IMG/VR virus record: IMGVR_UViG_3300027858_000002
Source: a virus
Direction: 5' to 3' (one strand)
DNA length: 42,216 nucleotides
Position 1 is the first letter of the stretch. The number at the start of each line of letters is the position of its first letter. Below, piece after piece: positions 32,361 through 40,956 of the stretch. The position numbers and the translations under genes were made by a program. Below the pieces are notes generated by a model, which saw nothing but the letters and a program-made list of their open reading frames with translations, did not search any database and was not told the DNA's origin.

Positions 32361-32390
32361 ATAAAAACCCCTCACTGTGGAAGCGAGAGG
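32361..32390 (-). terminator. Intrinsic terminator after the HNH-like gene
   Basis: Minus RNA CCUCUC, 11-nt loop, GAGGGG, then UUUUUAUUUUG. Confidence 0.55.
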
Positions 32391-33184
32391 ATCATTGGAT
32401 TGTCAAAACACCAATCTACATAAGCACGATATTCTTGTTTTGTCATTTCGTTTACTTGTGCTAAGTATTCCACAAGGCTATCAAATTTCTCTTGCGATAA
32501 ATTGAAACGGTTACGATTGGAGGAAAACCATTCGAATATGTGAGATGCTTTTTTTGAAGAATTTAAGTCGTCTCTTAGTGGAATCATGTTTTCAAATATA
32601 GTCCCGCCATGTCCACACGCGATTGGTAACACGTGATCCATGTGATAATCCGTCGAACCAGTCAACGCACAAGCACCCATAAAATGATTAAGAATGAAAT
32701 CGCGTTCCTCGAATGTGAAAGTGTCAGGTAATGCTGCCTTTCTAGCGCGACGACGACAAACGTTCAGTATTAACTTTTCTTTGTTGTCCCTTTGCCACCT
32801 TAAACTGTATTTCTTTTTTTGAATCCTATACTCTTCAGTATTTGTATATCTCTGAATAACTTCACGAAACTTATCTGGATTCGCTTTACGCCATTTTACA
32901 TCGTATTCGTATTGCTTTTTCGGATTTGCTTCGTTGAATCTGCGAGCTTTATCGCGCACTTTTTCACGGTTTTCTTCACGGTATTTAGTTTCTCGTTCAC
33001 GCTCTTTTTTGTTTGCTTGGTGTTTACTTCTACCCTTTACTTTACACAACTTACAAAGTGAACTTTTTCCATCTTCTCTACGTTTGTCATTGACAAGTTC
33101 CGTCATCAACTTAACCTCGAAACACTTCGTGCAAGTCTTCGCAACCACTTCACCTGCTTGGTTTTCAAAGTAAGCACCACCCAT
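32372..33184 (-). CDS. HNH (His-Me finger) nuclease-like protein with a Zn-ribbon and a basic repeat N-terminus
   Basis: 270 aa with CTKC...CKLC, repeats such as KWRKANPDKF and RWQRDNKEKL, and C-terminal YHMDHVLPIACGHGG...NMIPL...LNSSKK. Confidence 0.85.
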   Translation of the reverse strand: MGGAYFENQAGEVVAKTCTKCFEVKLMTELVNDKRREDGKSSLCKLCKVKGRSKHQANKKERERETKYREENREKVRDKARRFNEANPKKQYEYDVKWRKANPDKFREVIQRYTNTEEYRIQKKKYSLRWQRDNKEKLILNVCRRRARKAALPDTFTFEERDFILNHFMGACALTGSTDYHMDHVLPIACGHGGTIFENMIPLRDDLNSSKKASHIFEWFSSNRNRFNLSQEKFDSLVEYLAQVNEMTKQEYRAYVDWCFDNPMILSLPQ

Positions 33185-33216
33185 TCTGTTTCGCTTCTCT
33201 ATACACCCCTGTATGT

Positions 33217-33474
33217 TCAGGATTCCTCCTCGACTATTTCCACTTCCATCCCACCTAAGACTTCAGGCATTTTAATGTCAAATTCTTTACATAGTTCAAG
33301 GGTATAAGTGAAGGCGGAGAATTTACTCATCGTTATACTTTCTATAACCTCAGCCACGTCTTTGTTACCTTCTCTTTTCCTTAATTTTTCAAGTATTCTT
33401 TCTTGACTGTTCATGTGATCAACTTGTTTCTGAATGAATCTTTCTAATTTTGCAGTTCTAAATGTTTCAGCCAT
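33217..33474 (-). CDS. Hypothetical 85-aa protein, first gene of the moron
   Basis: ATG at 33474 follows GGAAGTG and gives MAETFRTAKLERF.... The listed 5' extension covers the promoter and has no SD. Confidence 0.7.
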   Translation of the reverse strand: MAETFRTAKLERFIQKQVDHMNSQERILEKLRKREGNKDVAEVIESITMSKFSAFTYTLELCKEFDIKMPEVLGGMEVEIVEEES

Positions 33475-33495
33475 TTGAACACTTCCTTTTCTGTT

Positions 33496-33533
33496 TGTAT
33501 ACAAATTGTAACATAATGTATACGACATGTAAA
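33496..33533 (-). promoter_or_regulatory. Strong sigmaA-type promoter TTTACA-17-TGtTACAAT, bracketed by two TGTATAC sites
   Basis: -35 at 33528-33533, extended -10 at 33505-33513. TGTATAC at 33496-33502 and 33517-33523, 21 bp apart. Confidence 0.65.
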
Positions 33534-33564
33534 GGGTTGTGTGTACAAGCTGTAAACGAAAAAA

Positions 33565-33598
33565 GGCACAAAAAAAGACCACCCAATTAAGGATGGTC
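33565..33598 (-). terminator. Intrinsic terminator ending the late/lysis operon
   Basis: Minus RNA GACCAUCC-UUAAUU-GGGUGGUC followed by U7. Confidence 0.78.
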
Positions 33599-33604
33599 GA
33601 TTGA

Positions 33605-34606
33605 TTACTTGTTCATATACTTAGCCACATTCGCAACTGTTGTTTCTCGATTCTTGCCTGATAAATCCGTCAAACGATCCGCAAACTTTTCTAATCCTTT
33701 TGAGCCACCACCAGCAATGATTAACTCTTTTGCAACTTTTTCTTTTACTGCAGCTCGTTCAAATATTGGGTAACCTGTACGAATGTGTAATTTTTGTACT
33801 GCTGGATAATCAATATATGAGTTGATAACAATCGCTTTTTCTGTCAATTCGGTTTCCTCCTCTTTTATAATGGGTTTGCTTATCGGTGTAGCAGAATCAG
33901 GCTTAATGTTTGCTTCGAGTTTAGCCTTCGTAGTAGGACCGTACAAACCATCGACTATTAATTTGTTAGCCTTTTGAAATGCTTTAACTGCATTTTCTGT
34001 AGCTGGTCCGTAACTTCCATCCACATCAATTTTATAACCTGCTGCAATTAATCTCATTTGTAATTCTTTCACAACCGTTCCTGAGTCACCCTTTTGTAAA
34101 TACTTTATTGTCGTGTTCTTTATTGGATTTGATACTTGTTTCACGTCAACCTGTAACTCTTTTAATCTATTACGGACCATGTTCATATCAATGCCAGGAC
34201 ATGCTGTATTGGCTCCATTAAATTCACGATGACCTTTAACGTCATCAGTAGACAATTCAAAACGTTCTAAGTTGTATAAACAACGTTCTTCCCATGCTCT
34301 TTCTTGTGCATCGGTAAATGAACCGTTACCGACAACTGTAATGTGATAAGTGGTTGAATTGTGATTAGCTACACCGTTTGTGATTTCTTCAGGATCGTAG
34401 CAAAGTTGAACCGTACCATCACGTAAAATAATTTCATGATAACCACCTGTTCCCCAACCCTTTGTTCCGTTCCAATATTTCCAAAATGTCGTCCAATCTC
34501 CATCAGTAGTTGCGCTGTGGTGACGAGCAATGTTTTTGATGCTGTTAACATTACGTCTGCTATTTGTGAATGGTGTGATTCTTCGTAAATCCTGAATTGT
34601 TACCAT
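33605..34606 (-). CDS. Endolysin: N-acetylmuramoyl-L-alanine amidase (PGRP/Amidase_2 type) with PG-binding repeats and a C-terminal domain
   Basis: 333 aa with ARHHSATTDG...GYHEII...GHREF...CPG. PG_binding_1-like DGSYGPATENAVKAFQ and DGLYGPTTKAKL. Confidence 0.94.
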   Translation of the reverse strand: MVTIQDLRRITPFTNSRRNVNSIKNIARHHSATTDGDWTTFWKYWNGTKGWGTGGYHEIILRDGTVQLCYDPEEITNGVANHNSTTYHITVVGNGSFTDAQERAWEERCLYNLERFELSTDDVKGHREFNGANTACPGIDMNMVRNRLKELQVDVKQVSNPIKNTTIKYLQKGDSGTVVKELQMRLIAAGYKIDVDGSYGPATENAVKAFQKANKLIVDGLYGPTTKAKLEANIKPDSATPISKPIIKEEETELTEKAIVINSYIDYPAVQKLHIRTGYPIFERAAVKEKVAKELIIAGGGSKGLEKFADRLTDLSGKNRETTVANVAKYMNK

Positions 34607-34858
34607 CTATTTCAACCCATTTCGTTCTAATACTTTTTCCTGCGTTTTCGCTTTTTGAGTTAATAGATATTGATTCTTATATATCCCATAAAAAATAGCC
34701 ACCAACGGAATTAAAGCTGATAGCAATACAAGAAACGCTTCAATTGTCATTTCGTTAAACCATGATATTTCATGACCAACTGCACGAATGAATAATAGTA
34801 ACGCTCCCAAAACTCCACCTATCATAGCCACATACTGCTTTAACTTGTCTGCTGTCAT
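34607..34858 (-). CDS. Holin (XhlB/phage-holin-like, two TM segments)
   Basis: 83 aa with two hydrophobic helices and a basic C-terminus. It sits directly upstream of the endolysin. GAGGAGG SD. Confidence 0.85.
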   Translation of the reverse strand: MTADKLKQYVAMIGGVLGALLLFIRAVGHEISWFNEMTIEAFLVLLSALIPLVAIFYGIYKNQYLLTQKAKTQEKVLERNGLK

Positions 34859-34872
34859 TTAACTTCCTCCTC

Positions 34873-35271
34873 TTATTTTCCAAATATTAATTGAGCAATT
34901 ATCACCAATATACCGCCAGCACCAGCAACCTTTATAACAACTTCGCTCCATTTCTCTAGCTTTGATTTACTAAATTCGTATTTCCGTACTTTATCATTCT
35001 CTGAAAGTGCATCTCGTGATTTAATTAAATCCCATTGTTTGTCCATTGTGGAGGAAAAGAATGTTTGCATTCGTTCGTTTGATAATAGAATAGTGTTTTT
35101 CAAGTCTTGATAATTAAGTTCACCTTGTTGTATGCGTCTTTCAATCTCTTGTTGCCATGACTTTGAATTATCGAATTCTTTTTTCAACACCGACTGCTCC
35201 TCTTCAAGAACAACTATTCTGTCACCTTGATCTTTTACTGTTTCAAACATTGAATCACCTGATAGTGGCAT
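34873..35271 (-). CDS. XhlA-like coiled-coil protein with a C-terminal TM anchor (lysis-associated)
   Basis: 132 aa with a long coiled coil and C-terminal VIKVAGAGGILVIIAQLIFG. The arrangement resembles PBSX xhlA-xhlB-xlyA. Confidence 0.72.
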   Translation of the reverse strand: MPLSGDSMFETVKDQGDRIVVLEEEQSVLKKEFDNSKSWQQEIERRIQQGELNYQDLKNTILLSNERMQTFFSSTMDKQWDLIKSRDALSENDKVRKYEFSKSKLEKWSEVVIKVAGAGGILVIIAQLIFGK

Positions 35272-35300
35272 GGTTCACCTCGTTACTTCGATTTTTGGAC

Positions 35301-35334
35301 ATAGAAAAAAGCACAACCTTTGATGGTGTGCTTT
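35301..35334 (-). terminator. Intrinsic terminator between the tail and lysis genes
   Basis: Minus RNA AAAGCACA, 11-nt loop, UGUGCUUU, then UUUCUAUG. Confidence 0.7.
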
Positions 35335-35342
35335 GATTGGTT

Positions 35343-35627
35343 TTATTTAGTTACTAAGTTTTCAAAGAATCGTTTTTCCTGTTCAACTGATTGAGCATAA
35401 GCTTTATCCAGTTTTTTGTAACGATCCGTATATTTGAAAAGCTTAAATTCAGTCGTCATTTGCTCGTGAAATACGTCATCTAAAAATTTAGTCGTACCAT
35501 TAGATTCAAGTTGATTTTCAAACTCTGAAGCAAACACATGAAATTCTTCCGTTTTAATATTTCCGTACCCCACAACCACCGCGACTATTACCGAGAATAC
35601 AAGAAAACCAATCAGAATTCGTTCCAT
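35343..35627 (-). CDS. Small membrane-anchored protein
   Basis: ATG at 35627 lies 8 nt after GGAGG and gives MERILIGFLVFSVIVAVVVGYG.... Confidence 0.65.
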   Translation of the reverse strand: MERILIGFLVFSVIVAVVVGYGNIKTEEFHVFASEFENQLESNGTTKFLDDVFHEQMTTEFKLFKYTDRYKKLDKAYAQSVEQEKRFFENLVTK

Positions 35628-35738
35628 AATGTTTGCCTCCACTGTCATTTTTTTCAATCTTACAGTCAGTATATGCAGATGTCAATGGGTTTATTCATTT
35701 TAAATAGAATTTTATTTTATCAATCTAATTAAAATCAG

Positions 35739-37580
35739 TTAAAGAACCTGACCAATCCTACTCTGAATAAATAATCTCGAACTAACAGTAGCATTAATTC
35801 TCGCTAAATTGTTAGGTGTTATGACGATTTCAGCATATCTTCCACGACTTATATTCCCATCGCCATCTTTTTGTAAGTATGGAAGTAAATCAATATCTTC
35901 GCCACTTGTCGCAGTTATCGGAATAGTTGTTCCATCCACTTTAATGACAACTGCTGTTGCTGTCTCAGGAGACTCGAATATCCCGTAATCAATACCATGA
36001 GTATGTTCGGGTATGACTGTATCATGGGTATGGGATGGAATGGTCACGTTATGCGAGTGGTTTGGAATGCTTACGCTATGTGAGTGATCACCACTACTAG
36101 TCCATGTTTTGATTTCATTTCCAGTCGATTTCAACTCAACTGTTGCGCCACCTGCCTCAAATGCTTTCGGTGTTGCTGCTACATCACCAGTAAAGATATG
36201 GGCAAACATGATATGATCGTGGTCGCCCCCTGCAGTGCTTGATTGTGTAGTAGAGCCGCCACTCGTGGTTGATTCTGTCGTAGCTCCTCCGCTAGATGAA
36301 GTTCGGGTTGAACCGCCACCACCTTTTACCGCCTTGCTATAAGCCCTATACTTCTGAGTCTCAAACGTAAGTAAAAACTGATTGATATTCACCACGTCAG
36401 AAGGTATCGGAAATCTTATGATAGCTGGATAAGTTGCGTCACAATTATCAACGAAATCACGACTATCAATATTAGTAGCCCCCTGCGAATACGTGTCATT
36501 AATCAATTGTTTCTTCTGCAGATCAGCCCATGTCATCCCAATGTCAGCAACTCGATTCCCCAACTCTAAACTAATGTTCGAATTGTCTCCGTAAATATCC
36601 GACTTGCTCAACTTCTCGACTCTCATTTGTCTGTCTGTGGAAGTATCTAAATCGAATATCTGAAGCATATCGCCCACAATATAGCCGCCTAAGTCGTATA
36701 AATCTTTTAACGAATAATCAATAGCATCAATGGCGCATGATTCAATAGGCGTTTTGTATTTATCTAATATCGCTTGAGCTGATGCCATTAATGAATCAGC
36801 TTTCTCAAATGACTTATCTACCCACACTCTTTTATGAATACCATACTGAGCGACCGCTGCATTGTCTTGTAAATAAGGAATGTCACCATTAACCTTCCTA
36901 ATATTCAACTGGTTAACACCCTCACCAAATCCTAAAGGATAGATTCGAGTAACAATATTAGTCGGATCTTCTTCTAAGTCGATACCTTTTAGATTCTTAC
37001 CTGCAACTATGACATCTTTAATCGCATCTGAAGGCTTCACAAGGTTCAATGTAAATGGATATGTTGAATCATCCCACGTCCACATGAATGACTCGTTAAA
37101 TGGCTTTGGTACGCTCATGATAGCGTTCAATAAAGAATCCTCATTCTCCCATGCGTAACTAAAGTAACGAGTAATGCTGACTGTTCCTATCTTCCAATGT
37201 TTAACCTCTTGATTCTCTAATAACGCTTCAAGTGTGCTTCTTGTTGAAAGGTGTGTGTATTGGTGATACATAAATAAAATATCTGAATGAAGTGTACTTA
37301 GAACATGCTCACAATTGAAAGTAACTTCCCTGGTGGAATCGTTTTTAGTTGTTCGTTTAGGGTTCACAATAAAACGACCTATCCGTTTGTCATGGTCGAA
37401 TATTTCAATATGATATTTAGGTTGCACATACTCCATTTTCGAGTCATTCAACGGTAATGTAAACGATGCGGTCCACAATCCATTCTTAATCTTGGAGTAC
37501 CCAATTTTATAAGCTCGATTTAATACCGCAACCAAGTTTCCCTCAATATCTAATACTTGTGGATAGCGTATTTCTTTCAA
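35739..37580 (-). CDS. Tal-like minor structural protein with a C-terminal Gly/Ser/Thr linker and an HxH-repeat tip domain
   Basis: 613 aa. The N-terminus MKEIRYPQVLDIEGNLVAVLNRAY...GLWTASFTLP matches the phage minor structural protein N-terminal pattern. The C-terminus carries DHSHSVSIPNHSHNVTIPSHTHDTVIPEHTHG. TTG start after GAGGTGA. Confidence 0.88.
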   Translation of the reverse strand: MKEIRYPQVLDIEGNLVAVLNRAYKIGYSKIKNGLWTASFTLPLNDSKMEYVQPKYHIEIFDHDKRIGRFIVNPKRTTKNDSTREVTFNCEHVLSTLHSDILFMYHQYTHLSTRSTLEALLENQEVKHWKIGTVSITRYFSYAWENEDSLLNAIMSVPKPFNESFMWTWDDSTYPFTLNLVKPSDAIKDVIVAGKNLKGIDLEEDPTNIVTRIYPLGFGEGVNQLNIRKVNGDIPYLQDNAAVAQYGIHKRVWVDKSFEKADSLMASAQAILDKYKTPIESCAIDAIDYSLKDLYDLGGYIVGDMLQIFDLDTSTDRQMRVEKLSKSDIYGDNSNISLELGNRVADIGMTWADLQKKQLINDTYSQGATNIDSRDFVDNCDATYPAIIRFPIPSDVVNINQFLLTFETQKYRAYSKAVKGGGGSTRTSSSGGATTESTTSGGSTTQSSTAGGDHDHIMFAHIFTGDVAATPKAFEAGGATVELKSTGNEIKTWTSSGDHSHSVSIPNHSHNVTIPSHTHDTVIPEHTHGIDYGIFESPETATAVVIKVDGTTIPITATSGEDIDLLPYLQKDGDGNISRGRYAEIVITPNNLARINATVSSRLFIQSRIGQVL

Positions 37581-37602
37581 TCACTTCACCTCGATTTTCC
37601 TA

Positions 37603-37630
37603 AATAAAAAGGACACCCAATTGGATGCCC
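37603..37630 (-). terminator. Minus-strand-specific intrinsic terminator inside the tail module
   Basis: Minus RNA GGGCAUCC-AAUU-GGGUGUCC (two G.U pairs, which would be C.A mismatches on the other strand) followed by UUUUUAUUU. Confidence 0.65.
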
Positions 37631-37682
37631 TTTGATGATTTTATTTAACTTTTGTTACCGCACAGTTTCATCCTATGCTTGA

Positions 37683-40600
37683 TTAAATAATGAAATCGAA
37701 TACAGGAAGAATACACTTCGCCATAACTGTAGAACCTTTATCATTCCAGTGGCTTCCTTCGTTCGTAAGCGTATCTCCATCTTTACCACTTCCGAGAGTT
37801 GCTGTTTTTAAATCACCGAAAATTTTATTACTTGAATTAACCCAATATTTAACCGCATTGATTGAAATAACATTTGCTTTATTTTCCTTCAACCATTCGT
37901 GCGTTGCCATTTGAGCGTCAAGAGCCGTTATCATTCTGCCACTGCTATCTTCCGAAATGACTAGTTTACCATCTGCATCAATACCGTTGAAATTCCACGT
38001 AATTGTTGAATTAAATATAACCCATTCTAAATTACTGACACCGTTTGCAGTCGCTCTTGTTTCTAAAGACAACACACTATCAGGATTGAAAAAGAAGTTA
38101 TTCGTAATGCTTCCCCAATATCCCGCAACGTAAGAAGCAAAATTACCACCACCACCACCACTATTATGAATAGGGTTTTCAGTAAATATTAAGTCAGGTT
38201 TAAAACTCCATATTTCATTGTCTTGATAGTGTTGTAAACATAAATCAGATGAAACCGTCATGCTATGACTACCTCTTGATGCGTTTATAAATGTCATCAT
38301 AAATTGTCTAGGCGACCATTCAACGCCCCAATAAAGCAACCTACCCGAAACGGTAGAAATAGTAACTGCTTTTGTAGTAGTTCGGCTATTAATGACTGCT
38401 GATTTACAACGCATTTTCAAACGTTTCTGATAAGTAGTGTTACCACCTATTTTATAAGACGCAAAACTGTAAGTTGTCGCATTTGCAGTATGCGGATCAG
38501 GAACAACAATATTTGAAAGGAATTTCTCTGTTTCTTTCATACTGAAAACATATCCGTTTGCCTCAACCCAAGCAGTACCATTATATACTTCCATTTTCCC
38601 GTTACCTTCTGCAATAGCAACAGTACAGGCTTCACTACCGAATTTATCCGAACGATAGATGAAATTAAATTGCCATGCATTAATTGGTACGGTAAATTTA
38701 ACATTTGAAGCACCGTCAGCATAACGAGTTAAACCGTATCTATAAGAGCCATCGTCCCAATCAGCTATGTTAGATTGTGTTGCAAAAGTTCCTGTTTCAG
38801 TAAAAAACCCTGCATAATCAAATCTTCTATATTTTTGACCTTCCCATTTCAATTTATCCCATGCGTGTGAAGCAAAGTTGGTTGAGTGAAAAAGTGGTGG
38901 TCTACTTGTAGCATCAACGTGTAACGAATGGTGTTCTGAACTTCTAGCCGTTAAAGATGTACCTGTCATAGCGACCACTAAATCTTTGTCTTTTTTAATC
39001 CAATGTTCGCGGAATTTAGGGGTTTTCGACGTAACATCTCCATAAGAAACACCCTCTAAGAAATTAAACCACGAAGCATTATCTAAGGACGATGACGTAA
39101 CAGGTGTAGAAGATGCGGACGGTATATGTTCTGCTTTAATTAAGTCAAGTTCTTGATAAGCCTGTATTGATGTACCTTGTTCGCCTTCCTCAACTTGCAA
39201 AGTACCTTGTACTACTCTTGTAGTAGTATCAACTACAACGTTTAAAAGAGCGTATTTAATTCCCGAACCAAGAGGAACTTGAAAAGCATAACCATTCGCA
39301 TCAACTGGCGTTACGAAAGTAATACTGGAGATCGCTGCCTGTCCTATTGCCAAAGTAGCACTCCCTGCAAAATAACCACCTGTGTTTAATTTTGCTGTTC
39401 CTGTGTATACATACCATTCACCTTCAACTACAGGTATAAAGCCAGTTGACCCGTAAATAGTGCCTGTACCGTCTGCAATATTAACCCCTGCTGGAGAATA
39501 CCTCAAACTAGGTTTTATATTTGCAGGGTTTACTTTGTTTTTGCCGATAACCTTTTCAATGATGGAAAGTTTTTCAGGTGTTACAGCTTTTTCTTGCAAC
39601 ATATCTGTGGAAATACCACCACCTGATTCAACTACCTCGCCTAAATAAGTCGTTTCATAATAAGGATCAGATAGTTTGTTCTTTATCCAATAAGCTTCAT
39701 AGGATGTTGCTACTGCACCTTCTTCGAGTTGATATGTGCCACTGATTACTCCTGTAGTTGTATTGCAAATTAGATTAAAAATAACGTACTTTATTCCCGA
39801 ACCAGTTGGCACAGTGAAGGAGAAACCACCACTTATCGCTGTTGTCGTCACATTTGAAATTGCGTCTTGTCCATCTGTTAGCGTGGCATTCGCCGGGAAA
39901 TATCCTCCTGTACTTGTTACGGCTGAACCCGACAGAGCATAAGTTTTCCCTTCTTCCACAGCTAACAATCCTGAAGTAGCAACGTTGTTAACGCCACGCA
40001 AGCGAAGCTCAAAGCCTGTATTTGAATATCGCAAATTAGAATTTATATTTGCAGGATTCATTTTATTTTTACCTACTACAGCATTCATGAAAGTCGTTTT
40101 GATTGGGCTAACTGATTCGTCTTGTGGAATAGATAACAGATTAAAAGTAGTCCCTGCGCCACCTTCAATTGCTGCTAATAAAGTAGGAGAAGCATCTTCC
40201 AACTCTAATTTAACTGCCTTTAAACGAGCATCTTCTGTATCAACCTTTTCCGCCACCTGTGAAGTAATATTATCTATTGCAGTCGGATTATAAACGTCTG
40301 TTACTACCCATCCAGTACCTAATACATAACGATAAGTTGTAGATGTTCCAGTAACTCTGACCGTGTCGCCATGTGCAGGTAATGGGTAAGTAGAATCACG
40401 TAAAGCAACACTAGATACCGCGTTTAAATATCGCGTTTCATTGTCCACGCCTACTTGCAAAGCGTAGTCACCTTGCTCATTTGCGTAAGCAGCAGCTTCT
40501 TCAGCCGATGCAATAATTAATGGTCCATCATTTAAAACGATTTCAATCAAAGTTGAATCACGTTCATTCGGTACATAGTCTTCACCAGTCGGATCTGCAC

Positions 40601-40934
40601 CTACTTGATAAGTAAATTTAAGAGTTGATACTCGTCCATCTGCATCATAGAATTGAGCTTTCGCAGTCACTTCGCCAGCAACAGACGTTTCACCTGCATT
40701 TAAAATAAAAGTCGCTTTGTTATCTAATCTTGTTCCCATAGTTACAACTACTGTTCCGTCATATCTTGTATGAGTGAGCGACACCGTAGTAGCATCAGTT
40801 AAATCGAAGGGTATTCCATTTTCTGTGACCGACAAAATAAAAACCACTGAGTCATTTTGCGTGACTAGTGGCTTAATAACTCTTTTTTCTTCTTTTAAAT
40901 CAACAGGTATATCAAATACTAACTCCATTACCAT
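37683..40934 (-). CDS. Large tail fibre / baseplate protein: BppU-like N-terminus, two tandem ~140-aa modules, SGNH-esterase-like C-terminal region
   Basis: 1083 aa. The N-terminus LVFDIPVDL...NDSVVFILSVTENGIPFDLTDAT is BppU_N-like. The duplicated modules start VVGKNKMNPANI and VIGKNKVNPANI. The C-terminal blocks are MTGTSLT, ENPIHNSGGG and EGSHWNDKG. Confidence 0.9.
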   Translation of the reverse strand: MVMELVFDIPVDLKEEKRVIKPLVTQNDSVVFILSVTENGIPFDLTDATTVSLTHTRYDGTVVVTMGTRLDNKATFILNAGETSVAGEVTAKAQFYDADGRVSTLKFTYQVGADPTGEDYVPNERDSTLIEIVLNDGPLIIASAEEAAAYANEQGDYALQVGVDNETRYLNAVSSVALRDSTYPLPAHGDTVRVTGTSTTYRYVLGTGWVVTDVYNPTAIDNITSQVAEKVDTEDARLKAVKLELEDASPTLLAAIEGGAGTTFNLLSIPQDESVSPIKTTFMNAVVGKNKMNPANINSNLRYSNTGFELRLRGVNNVATSGLLAVEEGKTYALSGSAVTSTGGYFPANATLTDGQDAISNVTTTAISGGFSFTVPTGSGIKYVIFNLICNTTTGVISGTYQLEEGAVATSYEAYWIKNKLSDPYYETTYLGEVVESGGGISTDMLQEKAVTPEKLSIIEKVIGKNKVNPANIKPSLRYSPAGVNIADGTGTIYGSTGFIPVVEGEWYVYTGTAKLNTGGYFAGSATLAIGQAAISSITFVTPVDANGYAFQVPLGSGIKYALLNVVVDTTTRVVQGTLQVEEGEQGTSIQAYQELDLIKAEHIPSASSTPVTSSSLDNASWFNFLEGVSYGDVTSKTPKFREHWIKKDKDLVVAMTGTSLTARSSEHHSLHVDATSRPPLFHSTNFASHAWDKLKWEGQKYRRFDYAGFFTETGTFATQSNIADWDDGSYRYGLTRYADGASNVKFTVPINAWQFNFIYRSDKFGSEACTVAIAEGNGKMEVYNGTAWVEANGYVFSMKETEKFLSNIVVPDPHTANATTYSFASYKIGGNTTYQKRLKMRCKSAVINSRTTTKAVTISTVSGRLLYWGVEWSPRQFMMTFINASRGSHSMTVSSDLCLQHYQDNEIWSFKPDLIFTENPIHNSGGGGGNFASYVAGYWGSITNNFFFNPDSVLSLETRATANGVSNLEWVIFNSTITWNFNGIDADGKLVISEDSSGRMITALDAQMATHEWLKENKANVISINAVKYWVNSSNKIFGDLKTATLGSGKDGDTLTNEGSHWNDKGSTVMAKCILPVFDFII

Positions 40935-40956
40935 TTATTCAATCCCCCTTTTATCA

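Noticed and set aside
39153-40118. Diversity-generating retroelement (template/variable repeat pair) in the fibre gene
   Set aside because: The two repeated modules are similar mainly at the protein level and diverged throughout, not only at adenine-templated positions. Both are in frame within one gene, and the genome has no reverse transcriptase.
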